From positions 1 through 56,777 of the forward strand of contig CADBRO010000189.1 of NCBI GenBank assembly GCA_902797075.1: a DNA stretch of 56,777 nucleotides, given 5' to 3'. Positions 48,371 to 56,777 of the stretch are shown piece after piece. Numbering within the stretch: position 1 is the stretch's first letter; every line of letters begins with the position of its first letter. The notes under the pieces are model-generated. The model saw only the letters and a program-made list of their open reading frames with translations. It was not told the DNA's origin and did not search any database. This DNA is from an uncultured Lachnospiraceae bacterium (lineage in GTDB: Bacteria > Bacillota > Clostridia > Lachnospirales > Lachnospiraceae). The translations under genes and the position numbers were made by a program.

Positions 48371-49866
48371 ATATCCGCGAGGCAAAAGAGGAAATCAGAA
48401 ATACGATTGAAGCGTATCTTACGAAGGACGCGGACGGAATGCCGGAAATCCCGATTGAGAGGCAGAGACCCATCCTTCTTATGGGACCGCCCGGCATCGG
48501 GAAGACTGCGATCATGGAACAGATCGCGTCGGAAATGGGAATCAACCTCGTGTCCTATACAATCACCCACCATACGAGGCAGAGCGCCATCGGCCTTCCT
48601 TTTATCCGGAAAAAACAGTTTGACGGAAGGGAGTATTCCGTAACGGAGTATACGATGAGTGAGATCATCGCGTCGGTGTATGAACAGATTGAGCGGTCCG
48701 GCGTCCGGGAAGGAATATTGTTCCTTGACGAGATCAACTGTGTATCGGAAACGCTCTCTCCGACGATGCTGCAGTTTCTCCAGTACAAGACCTTCGGCGC
48801 TCACAGGGTTCCGGAGGGCTTTATCGTCGTCACGGCCGGAAATCCCCCGGAATACAACAAGTCGGTCCGCGATCTCGACATCGTGACCCTTGACCGTGTC
48901 AAACGGATTGATATCGAGGTGGACTTTAAGTCGTTTAAAGAGTATGCTTACAGGGCGGGAATCCACGGATCGATTCTTTCCTACCTGGAGATACGCGGGG
49001 AGCATTTTTACAGAGTGAAGGCGGGACTTGACGGTACCGAATTCGTGACTGCAAGAGGCTGGGAAGACCTGTCCAGAATGATATGCGTCTATGAAAAGCT
49101 CGGCAAACCGGTTACGGAAAAGCTGGCTGTACAGTATCTTGAATCCTCTGAAATCGCTTCGGATTACGCCGCATATTATGATCTCTACAACCGCTACCGG
49201 AACATTTACAGAATTGACGACGTTCTGTCCGGAAAAGCCGACTCTCGTGCAGTTGACATGCGCAGCGCGTCCTTTGATGAAAAACTGAGCCTGATCGGTC
49301 TTATGGCGGACCGGCTGAACCGGGATTTCAGAAAGTACTGTGAGGATGCGGATACAGCCAGGATACTGTTTAAAGAACTGAAGGCGCATCTTGCCGAACC
49401 GTCTCCTGACCCGGCGGAATTCCGGAGGAAGATGGGAATACGCCTCGGGAACCTCGAAGCGGCAGGGGTCGCCGGAGGAGAAGAATTAAGGACCGCAAGA
49501 CGCGTTTATACAGCGTCGAAGGAACTTGAGTCTTCCTTCGATCCGTCAGGGGACGCGGCGGAGTTTTCGAAGATTTGGTTTAATGAGAGGGAGAAGAAGC
49601 GGAAGGCAGAAGCGCAATCAGCCGGAATGAGCCTTACCAGGGCCTTCGCATTTCTTGCCGGGCTTTTCGGAGAAGGACAGGAGATCGTACTGTTTCTTAC
49701 GGAGCTGTCGAATGGATACTACAGCCTCAGGTTTGTCTCAGAGTGCGGAAATGAAGCGTTTTACCGCTATAACAAGCTGCTGCTCCTGAAGGACAGGAAA
49801 GAACAGCTTAAAGAAGAAGTGATGGCATTTTTGGATAACACGGAAAGGAGAAGCGGCCAGAAATGA
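48367..49866 (+). CDS. MoxR-like AAA+ ATPase
   Basis: LMGPPGIGKT, LFLDEIN, VTAGNP, LDR, TARGWE; ATGA-coupled to the vWA gene. Confidence 0.88.
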   Translation: MNIREAKEEIRNTIEAYLTKDADGMPEIPIERQRPILLMGPPGIGKTAIMEQIASEMGINLVSYTITHHTRQSAIGLPFIRKKQFDGREYSVTEYTMSEIIASVYEQIERSGVREGILFLDEINCVSETLSPTMLQFLQYKTFGAHRVPEGFIVVTAGNPPEYNKSVRDLDIVTLDRVKRIDIEVDFKSFKEYAYRAGIHGSILSYLEIRGEHFYRVKAGLDGTEFVTARGWEDLSRMICVYEKLGKPVTEKLAVQYLESSEIASDYAAYYDLYNRYRNIYRIDDVLSGKADSRAVDMRSASFDEKLSLIGLMADRLNRDFRKYCEDADTARILFKELKAHLAEPSPDPAEFRRKMGIRLGNLEAAGVAGGEELRTARRVYTASKELESSFDPSGDAAEFSKIWFNEREKKRKAEAQSAGMSLTRAFAFLAGLFGEGQEIVLFLTELSNGYYSLRFVSECGNEAFYRYNKLLLLKDRKEQLKEEVMAFLDNTERRSGQK

Positions 49867-52151
49867 AGAAACGGATGATAGCATTTGTGATGGCGTTTAC
49901 TCTTTCGGCCTCGCCGTTTTTATGCACGGCAGCTGCCGATGATAACGTCGAATGGACGGAGGAGTTTGTTCCGGAGGATGAGATGGAAGAGAATCCGGAC
50001 GGAGCCTATATCGTCGATGAGGACGGAGCGGATTTCGTCACGGAAGACGATACAGTCTATGACGACTATACGGACGATGTCGAAGGCGATTACGATATGA
50101 CCTTTGACGGGGACAACGCCGCCTACGACGAGTATACCGAGGAGGAAGAAATCACAGATAATTCCGCCGCGGATACGGAGGCTGCGGAGGTAACCGAAGC
50201 TCAGCTTACGGATGACGAAACCCGCGATTACGTTGAAAAGCGGCTTGATATTTACAATGTCAAGACAAAATGGGACTACGATTCCGAGGCGGACTGCTGG
50301 ATTTTAAATCCGACGGCTGCAGTCGCTTATCCTGAAATCGCGAAGGATCAGGGAATATCCGTAGCGGTACCCGGCGCATATGTCGCCGGCATCGATACAG
50401 ACCGCGATCTGGAGGCGGATGTGACCGCAGATCAGGTCACGGAAACGATCGTCGGGGATATCATCATTGATTACGATGCATATGTGGTAAGCTCAAACGG
50501 ACAGACTTACGACGCCTCGACGGCACCGGTCATCATCAACACCGGGGCCATGTACGGAGCCGAACAGCAAAACCGCCTGGCTACGACAGAGTATGCGGGT
50601 GAAGGCTTCGTCAATGTTTACTGCGGAAACAGAGGAAGACAGAGCCAGGTAACCGCCGACAACGGAACGTCGTATTTTACCGGTGATTTTCCGCTTTCGC
50701 TCGTCGACCTGAAAAATGCCGTTCGCTTCATGAAGTACAATATCCTTCTCGGCAACCTTCCCGGAAGCCTCGACCGTTTTGTGGCGTCGGGCAGTTCGGA
50801 GGGGTCCCACGCGGTGCTGCTGGCAGTTACTTCTGCTGATCCGGTATTCTATGAATACGAGCATGACGCCGGAGCTGCGGGAATCTACAAAAATTCGGAC
50901 GGGTCGTTCTTCAATTCCGTCAATATCTTCGGGGACGAAGTTTCGATTACGGACGGCGTGTGGGGAGCTTACGCGGTCAACCCGGTGACGCTGCAGGAGG
51001 AAGGCGAGGAAGCGCTGGCATTTGAATACATGCTTGATCCGGCGTATGAACCGTCCACGGAATTCGGCAAAAAAATGTCGGAGTATCTTGCAGATCTCTA
51101 CCCGGACTATATCAACAGTATTGGTTTTGCGGTGTCTGAAGCCGATGTCGGTATCGATCTGTCGGCGGACGGCGATTTTGACGACCAGGTGGACCTTGTT
51201 CTTGATAAGAACGAGGACGGATCCATCAGCGGATCCTATCTGGATTTCTATATCACGAGATTCGAGCTGAGCCTCGACCGCTATATCGGATCGCTTGCGG
51301 GAGCGGAAGGCTGGACATGGTTCGGAGGGGACGGAAAGCCTCTGACAGATGAAGAAGTCGCATCGATGAGCGAAGCGGACCGGGCGGCTGCATTTATTGA
51401 AGGCCGCTATGCGCTTCCCGCATCCGGCGAAGAGAAAGGAAGCGAGACAAAGCGCGGCAGCAGGGATTCAAAGAAATACAAAACCTTCGATGAGATGCTC
51501 ATATCTTACCGTGAGGATATCGAATCCATAGAGGCGGGCGACCGGTTCGGAAACAGGATTTCCGAGTTTGCGGACCCGATGCGCTGGGCGTTCGGCGAAG
51601 GAGGGGAGAAGCCTGCGTGGATACGCATGGTGACGGATATTTCCACCAATAAGGTGTCGCTTTTCAATTCACTGAATCTCGAGGCAGCGCTCCTTAACAA
51701 GGGAATCTATGTGTTCTCTGACTGGAGATGGGACGTGGGCGGCGTTCCCGCGGTTGATTCTGCTGATTCCCTTCCGTGGTATGTGGACCGGATGTTCGGA
51801 AGGCTGACAGAAGGCGCAGCCGAGATCGGCAGGCCGGAGACGGAGCCTGTGACGGTAAACGGTACGGCTGCGGAAGCGGACGGTGCGGATCTCTCAGGCT
51901 GGGTGAATTACGACGAGGAGCTCGGAACGTCATTTTCAATTGACGCCGCAGCTGCCGTCAGAACCGCGGACGTATTAAGACCGGTTCCCGGATTCGACAT
52001 GATCGATTACGGCGGAGAAAACTATATGTTCGGCGATGCGGAAAAAGACGCGCGTCACTGGAGCCGGAGCCTCTTAAGCATTATGGAAATGCACGAAGAT
52101 GACCTTTCGCCGCTGTTTGCGGGACCTGCAGACGAGAAGACAGAGGGTTAA
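49863..52151 (+). CDS. Secreted acidic alpha/beta-hydrolase resembling bacterial tannases
   Basis: Signal peptide; long Asp/Glu-rich N-terminal region; TAPVIIN, GNRGR, LVDLKNAVRF..LPG..DR..SGSSEG (GxSxG). Confidence 0.6.
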   Translation: MKKRMIAFVMAFTLSASPFLCTAAADDNVEWTEEFVPEDEMEENPDGAYIVDEDGADFVTEDDTVYDDYTDDVEGDYDMTFDGDNAAYDEYTEEEEITDNSAADTEAAEVTEAQLTDDETRDYVEKRLDIYNVKTKWDYDSEADCWILNPTAAVAYPEIAKDQGISVAVPGAYVAGIDTDRDLEADVTADQVTETIVGDIIIDYDAYVVSSNGQTYDASTAPVIINTGAMYGAEQQNRLATTEYAGEGFVNVYCGNRGRQSQVTADNGTSYFTGDFPLSLVDLKNAVRFMKYNILLGNLPGSLDRFVASGSSEGSHAVLLAVTSADPVFYEYEHDAGAAGIYKNSDGSFFNSVNIFGDEVSITDGVWGAYAVNPVTLQEEGEEALAFEYMLDPAYEPSTEFGKKMSEYLADLYPDYINSIGFAVSEADVGIDLSADGDFDDQVDLVLDKNEDGSISGSYLDFYITRFELSLDRYIGSLAGAEGWTWFGGDGKPLTDEEVASMSEADRAAAFIEGRYALPASGEEKGSETKRGSRDSKKYKTFDEMLISYREDIESIEAGDRFGNRISEFADPMRWAFGEGGEKPAWIRMVTDISTNKVSLFNSLNLEAALLNKGIYVFSDWRWDVGGVPAVDSADSLPWYVDRMFGRLTEGAAEIGRPETEPVTVNGTAAEADGADLSGWVNYDEELGTSFSIDAAAAVRTADVLRPVPGFDMIDYGGENYMFGDAEKDARHWSRSLLSIMEMHEDDLSPLFAGPADEKTEG

Positions 52152-52164
52152 AGACCTTTTGCGG

Positions 52165-52193
52165 TTGCAAAAAATTTCAAACCTGACTATAAT
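52165..52193 (+). promoter_or_regulatory. sigma-A promoter of COG0523 pair
   Basis: TTGCAA-17 nt-TATAAT. Confidence 0.7.
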
Positions 52194-52361
52194 CAGTAAT
52201 GCCCGCGGCCGGAATCCGGTTTCCCGCGGGCATTACATAAGTAACGGCGGAAACGTATAAGATCCGCGCCGGGCTGACCGTCTGCGAATGAGATAACCGG
52301 GTCGGCTGCAGGCAGCGAAGCGGATTTCAGATTTCTTTTGGCAGATTGGAGGTAAGTGAAC

Positions 52362-53429
52362 ATGACGAAGGTAGATGTAATTTCCGGGTTTCTCGGAGCG
52401 GGAAAGACGACGCTGATCAGGGAGCTTCTGGCGGACGCCCTTAAGGGACAGCAGGTCGTCCTTATTGAAAATGAATTCGGTGAAATCGGTATTGACGGCG
52501 GTTTCCTCAAAGACGCGGGCATTGAGATCCGTGAGATGAATTCGGGCTGCATCTGCTGCTCGCTGGTAGGCGATTTCGGCGAGGCCCTCGGCGAGGTTAC
52601 AAAGCAGTACAATCCGGACCGTATTGTGATCGAGCCTTCCGGCGTCGGCAAGCTTTCGGATGTCATTCATGCGGTTGAAAAGGTGAAAGATGAGGCAGGA
52701 ATTGTCATTAATTCCGCAACTACGGTTGTCGACGTACTGAAGTGCAAGATGTATCTCAAGAACTTCGGCGAGTTCTTTAAGAATCAGGTGGAGTCCGCGG
52801 GAACGATTATTCTCAGCCGCACCGATACGGAGAAGGCGACGGGCGAAAAGATCGAGGAGGCGGTCAGCCTGATCCGCGGCCTCAACCCGGATGCCACCAT
52901 TATCACGACGCCGGTTTCTTCCCTCGGAGGAAAAAAGGTGCTTGAGACGATGGAAGGAGTAACGATCGATCTCTCGAAGCTTGAGCCCGAGCATCATCAC
53001 GACGACGAAGACGAGGATGAGCACGAGCACTATCATCACGACCACGATGAGGATGAGCACGAGCACCATCATCACGACCACGATGAGGATGAGCATGAGC
53101 ACCATCATCACGACCATGATGAGCATGAGCATCATCACCATCACCATCATGCCGATGAAGTGTTTACCAGCTGGGGAAAAGAGACTGTCAGGAAGTATAC
53201 CAGGGAAAAAATCAGCGGTATCCTCGATGCGCTTTCGGACGAAGCGACATACGGGACGGTTCTCCGTGCCAAGGGTATGGTCGAGTCCGAGGACGGAACC
53301 TGGATCTACTTTGATATGGTTCCTGAGGAAACAGATATCAGAGAAGGCGCTCCGGAATATACGGGCCGCATCTGCGTGATCGGTGCTGAACTGAAAGAGG
53401 ACCGTCTGGCTGAGCTTTTCGGACTGTAA
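52362..53429 (+). CDS. COG0523 (CobW/HypB/UreG) metallochaperone GTPase with His/acidic tract
   Basis: SGFLGAGKTT, ENEFGE, GCICC, IEPSG, His-rich insert, CobW_C LRAKG; ATG 52362 after GGAGGT. Confidence 0.92.
   Translation: MTKVDVISGFLGAGKTTLIRELLADALKGQQVVLIENEFGEIGIDGGFLKDAGIEIREMNSGCICCSLVGDFGEALGEVTKQYNPDRIVIEPSGVGKLSDVIHAVEKVKDEAGIVINSATTVVDVLKCKMYLKNFGEFFKNQVESAGTIILSRTDTEKATGEKIEEAVSLIRGLNPDATIITTPVSSLGGKKVLETMEGVTIDLSKLEPEHHHDDEDEDEHEHYHHDHDEDEHEHHHHDHDEDEHEHHHHDHDEHEHHHHHHHADEVFTSWGKETVRKYTREKISGILDALSDEATYGTVLRAKGMVESEDGTWIYFDMVPEETDIREGAPEYTGRICVIGAELKEDRLAELFGL
52992..53150 (+). repeat. In-frame tandem repeat (~36 nt, ~4 copies) encoding HHHDHDEDEHEH
   Basis: Repeated catcacgaccacgatgaggatgagcacgagcac units, ending in poly-His. 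Confidence 0.9.
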
Positions 53430-53479
53430 AGAGCCGGATGAAATTATTCTGACAGAATCGTTGGAGATAGCAAAGATTT

Positions 53480-54436
53480 ATGAATGAAGATGAAGTAAGA
53501 GTACCGGTATATCTGATTACCGGATTCCTTGAAGGCGGAAAGACTACATTTATCAACAAAGTCCTGAGGCAGAGTTATTTTCAGATCGACGATCCGACGG
53601 TGGTGATCAACACGGAGGAAGGCGAGACGGAATACGATTCCGCGGATCTGACGCATTACCGGACATTTGCCGTGGATCTTACGGAAGAGGATCCCCTGAC
53701 GCCGGATCGTCTGCAGAAGATCGAAGAGGAAATACACCCCAGCCGGGTTATGGTCGAGCTGAATCCGCTGTGGGGAGTCAAAAATTTTGAGACGATGCCG
53801 CTGCCCGAGGGTTGGGGGATCGTCCAGGAAATCGCCATTGTGGACGCAGTATCCTATCCGGTTTACCGGACGAATATGAAGTCGCTCTTTGTGGAAATGT
53901 TCGCGAACGCGGATCTGGTCATGTTCAACCGGTGCGCGGAAGGAATGCCCCTCGCGGATTTCAGGCGAGGAATCAAGGTGACCAATCCCCCGTGCGAAAT
54001 CGCGTTTGAGGCACCAGACGGATCCATGATGGATATCTTCGAGGACGCTCTTCCGTATGATATTGACGCGGACGTGATCGACATCGACGATGTGGACTAC
54101 GGCATTTTCTATGTCGATCTCCGGGATAATCCCGAACGGTATGAGGGAAAGAAGGTCCATTTCCGCGGGAAAATGATGAAAAACAAAGCCCTCGGATCGA
54201 AGTATTTCGGTCTTGGCTGGATGGCGATGACCTGCTGCGCCGAGGATATCCAGTTTATCGGCTATATCTGTGAGAGCGCAAAAGCGCGCGGTTTTGCCAG
54301 CGGTTCCTGGGTTGAGGTGACCGCCAAAGTCGAGATCAGGCATATGCTGGCATACAGGGGCAAGGGACCGGTATTCCGGGTAATCGATATGATGCAGATC
54401 GAGCCGCCGGAATCGGAGCTGGTCTATTTTAACTGA
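53480..54436 (+). CDS. Divergent COG0523-like GTPase fused to TIGR03943/DUF1980-C-like domain
   Basis: TGFLEGGKTT, EEGE; no CxCC; C-terminal MTCCAED..G..WVEV. Confidence 0.8.
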   Translation: MNEDEVRVPVYLITGFLEGGKTTFINKVLRQSYFQIDDPTVVINTEEGETEYDSADLTHYRTFAVDLTEEDPLTPDRLQKIEEEIHPSRVMVELNPLWGVKNFETMPLPEGWGIVQEIAIVDAVSYPVYRTNMKSLFVEMFANADLVMFNRCAEGMPLADFRRGIKVTNPPCEIAFEAPDGSMMDIFEDALPYDIDADVIDIDDVDYGIFYVDLRDNPERYEGKKVHFRGKMMKNKALGSKYFGLGWMAMTCCAEDIQFIGYICESAKARGFASGSWVEVTAKVEIRHMLAYRGKGPVFRVIDMMQIEPPESELVYFN

Positions 54437-54449
54437 ATCAGTTTTTATG

Positions 54450-54478
54450 AGCCGTGGATGTCATGTCCACGGTTTTTT
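54450..54478 (+). terminator. Intrinsic terminator
   Basis: GCCGTGGA / TCCACGGT stem followed by a T run. Confidence 0.8.
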
Positions 54479-54524
54479 GCGCTTCATTATAAGCGGAGAA
54501 AAGAAACACATTTCCTTTTTCCGC

Positions 54525-54576
54525 TTGACTTATGATAAATATATGATAATATATTCATATGAACGGTAATTCATCT
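54525..54576 (+). promoter_or_regulatory. Promoter with overlapping ArsR/SmtB-type operators
   Basis: TTGACT-16 nt-TAATAT (extended TG); palindromes ATATGA-N8-TCATAT (54541-60) and ATATGAA-N6-TTCATCT (54557-76) matching the SmtB/CzrA TGAA-N6-TTCA core. Confidence 0.7.
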
Positions 54577-54607
54577 ATATGGTTAATCCAAGAAGGCGGT
54601 ACGTGAT

Positions 54608-54949
54608 ATGGGAGAGGACGGATGCAGAGAACAGATGAACAGTGCAATTAATCATCTGATTGCCAATATCGATGAGGTTGAGCTGTCGGAACTGGCCGAG
54701 CTGTTTAAGATATTCGGCGATTCCACAAGGATCAGGATACTGGCCGATCTCTTTCAGGGAGAGAAAAATGTCACCGAGATATGTGCAGATCTGGAGATGA
54801 ACCAATCGGCCGTATCTCATCAGCTGAAAATACTGAAAGTGAGCAAGCTGATCAATTCCCGGCGGGAAGGAAAGACCATGATTTATTCACTTGCGGATGA
54901 TCATGTAAAGACGATTATCGCGATGGGCATCGAGCATATTGAGGAATGA
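54608..54949 (+). CDS. ArsR/SmtB-family metal-sensing repressor
   Basis: ELFKIFGDSTRIRIL, QSAVSHQL, alpha5 metal site DDH..EH.EE. Confidence 0.92.
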   Translation: MGEDGCREQMNSAINHLIANIDEVELSELAELFKIFGDSTRIRILADLFQGEKNVTEICADLEMNQSAVSHQLKILKVSKLINSRREGKTMIYSLADDHVKTIIAMGIEHIEE

Positions 54950-54964
54950 CGGAGGACAGGTGTG

Positions 54965-55180
54965 ATGAAAAAGAAATTCAAGTGCGAAATCGACTGTGCA
55001 AACTGTGCCGCGAAGGTTGAGGAAGCTGTAAAGAAGATCGACGGAGTCACGGACGCGAAGGTAAATTTCATGATGCAGAAATTTACTCTCGAGGCGGACG
55101 ATGCCCGTTTTGACGAGATTCTGAAGGAAGCGGTCAAAGTCGGCAAAAAAATAGAACCGGGTTTTTCCGTGGAGTTCTGA
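54965..55180 (+). CDS. Stand-alone heavy-metal-associated (HMA) domain protein
   Basis: DCANCA motif; RBS GGAGG; start 54962 (GTG) or 54965 (ATG). Confidence 0.88.
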   Translation: MKKKFKCEIDCANCAAKVEEAVKKIDGVTDAKVNFMMQKFTLEADDARFDEILKEAVKVGKKIEPGFSVEF

Positions 55181-55181
55181 C

Positions 55182-56777
55182 ATGTCCGGGAAGTTGAAGA
55201 GGGAACTGCGGAAGCTTCTCGCCGCCGCCGTCATTTTTGCGGCGGTGATGGTTTTTACGAAGCTGTCCGGTGTTTCCGACAGGCGCATTACATTCGCTCT
55301 CTTTCTCATCCCGTATCTGATCTGCGGACTTCCTGTTCTTAAAAAAGCGGCTCTCGGCATCGTACACGGGATGATGTTCGACGAGTCATTTCTCATGGCG
55401 ATCGCGTCGGCCGGCGCCTTTATCACAGGCGAGAGCGAAGAAGCCGCGGCGGTTATGCTGTTCTATCAGATCGGGGAATGGTTTCAGAGCTTTGCAGTGG
55501 GCCGGTCGAGACAGTCGATTACCGAGCTTATGAATATCGTGCCGGAGTACGCCAACCTTGAAAATGAGGACGGTACGACCGAGCAGGTTGATCCGGATGA
55601 CGTAAATCCCGGCGATATCCTCGTGATACTTCCGGGTGAGAAGATTCCTGTGGACGCTGAAGTGCTCTCGGGCGAAAGCTTTATCAATACTTCAGCCCTG
55701 ACCGGCGAGCCGGTTCCGCGCAGCGCAGGACCGGGAGATGCGGTAATTTCCGGCTGCGTCAACGGGGACGGAATGCTGAGAGTGAAGGCGCTTAAGGCCT
55801 ATGAGGATTCTACTGTTTCAAGAATCCTTGAACTCGTGGAATCCGCTTCTGAGAAAAAGTCAAAGACAGAAAACTTCATTACGAGATTTGCAAGATATTA
55901 TACGCCGATCGTTGTTTTCGCTGCGATTGCGCTGGCAGTGATTCCCGCAGTCATCACGGGAAATCCGATGGTATGGATCTACAGAGCGTGCACGTTTCTC
56001 GTTATTTCCTGCCCCTGCGCGCTGGTGATCTCGGTTCCGCTCGCGTTTTTCGGAGGAATCGGGGCCGCGTCGCGAAACGGCGTTCTTGTGAAAGGATCCA
56101 ATTATCTTGAACTCCTCTCAGGGATAGATACAGTGGTGTCCGACAAGACGGGAACGCTAACGGAAGGCTGCTTTGAAGTTACGGCCGTGAGACCGGCAGC
56201 GGGCGTAAGCATGGAGGAGCTTCTTCGCGCGGCTGCGGAGGCCGAGAGTTTCTCGACGCACCCGATCGCCGGAGCTGTCCGAAGGAAATATGAGGAAGCC
56301 TGCGGCCAGTCCGGGACTATCAATGTATATAAAGCGGAGAATTACCCGGGACTTGGAATCGCAGCATGGACGGACGGCGGAAAGGTTCTTGCGGGAAATG
56401 CAAAGCTTCTCCGGGAAAACGGAATCGAGGCTGCGGCAGCGGAAGATCCGGGAGCTACGGTGTGCCACATTGCGCTGGACGGAAAATATCTCGGAGCGCT
56501 CATGATCAGCGACAGAGTGAAGGAAGGCGCTGCGCAGGCTATCGCAGAGCTTAAGAAATGCGGAACAAAACGGGTCGTCATGCTGACCGGAGACAGGAAG
56601 GGCGCCGCTGATGCGGTCGCGGCAGAGCTCGGAATCGATGAGGTCTGTCCTGAGCTTCTGCCGCAGGATAAGGTTGAAGCTGCCGAAAGGATGATCGGAA
56701 GTCCGGAATACGGACGCGTCGCGTTCGTAGGCGACGGCCTCAATGACGCGCCGGTTCTCACGCGAGCGGACGTGGGA
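55182..56777 (+). CDS. cadA: Heavy-metal (Zn/Cd/Pb) P1B-type ATPase, truncated by the window end (absent from ORF track)
   Basis: Hand-translated from ATG 55182: FDESFLM, LTGEP, ISCPCAL, DKTGTLT, STHP, MLTGD, GDGLNDAP; open to the end of the window. Confidence 0.93.
   Translation, partial: MSGKLKRELRKLLAAAVIFAAVMVFTKLSGVSDRRITFALFLIPYLICGLPVLKKAALGIVHGMMFDESFLMAIASAGAFITGESEEAAAVMLFYQIGEWFQSFAVGRSRQSITELMNIVPEYANLENEDGTTEQVDPDDVNPGDILVILPGEKIPVDAEVLSGESFINTSALTGEPVPRSAGPGDAVISGCVNGDGMLRVKALKAYEDSTVSRILELVESASEKKSKTENFITRFARYYTPIVVFAAIALAVIPAVITGNPMVWIYRACTFLVISCPCALVISVPLAFFGGIGAASRNGVLVKGSNYLELLSGIDTVVSDKTGTLTEGCFEVTAVRPAAGVSMEELLRAAAEAESFSTHPIAGAVRRKYEEACGQSGTINVYKAENYPGLGIAAWTDGGKVLAGNAKLLRENGIEAAAAEDPGATVCHIALDGKYLGALMISDRVKEGAAQAIAELKKCGTKRVVMLTGDRKGAADAVAAELGIDEVCPELLPQDKVEAAERMIGSPEYGRVAFVGDGLNDAPVLTRADVG

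Noticed and set aside
52255-52340. NiCo or cobalamin riboswitch
   Set aside because: GCCGGGCTG resembles part of NiCo, but the flanking CTGAGCAGG and GTGGGACAG segments and a B12 box are missing.
52233-53150. 305-aa minus-strand ORF with Met/Val/Leu-rich start
   Set aside because: Antisense shadow of the His/Asp/Glu repeat in the COG0523 gene.

Overview
Gene-dense chromosomal segment of a monoderm bacterium. A Clostridia/Lachnospiraceae-like Firmicute is inferred from sigma-A promoters, GGAGG ribosome-binding sites, a sortase substrate, an ECF S component and an LCP protein. About 50 CDSs, nearly all on the + strand. In order: a sortase-anchored Cna-B/pilin-like protein; a SARP/BTAD regulator with a degenerate GGDEF domain; an AraC-GH39 fusion regulator with a GPH symporter and an Fe-S flavoprotein; a sugar ABC/kinase/aldolase/DeoR operon; two MATE pumps, thpR-folT and a SUV3-like helicase; sbcDC; a 10-gene Mrp/Mnh-like cation antiporter operon with four MrpD-type subunits; LCP-mntP; a Liv-type ABC system with creatininase- and asparaginase-family amidases; a MazG-LRR-vWA/peptidase-AAA module; a secreted tannase-like hydrolase; two COG0523 GTPases; and an ArsR-HMA-P1B ATPase locus cut by the window end. 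I saw no IS, prophage, tRNA, rRNA or CRISPR array. The most unusual non-coding signal is the ~470-nt leader of the antiporter operon: a candidate Na+ riboswitch plus terminator, then two hairpin-rich modules that end in near-identical 29-nt direct repeats. All family assignments come from motif recognition by eye; no database search was run.
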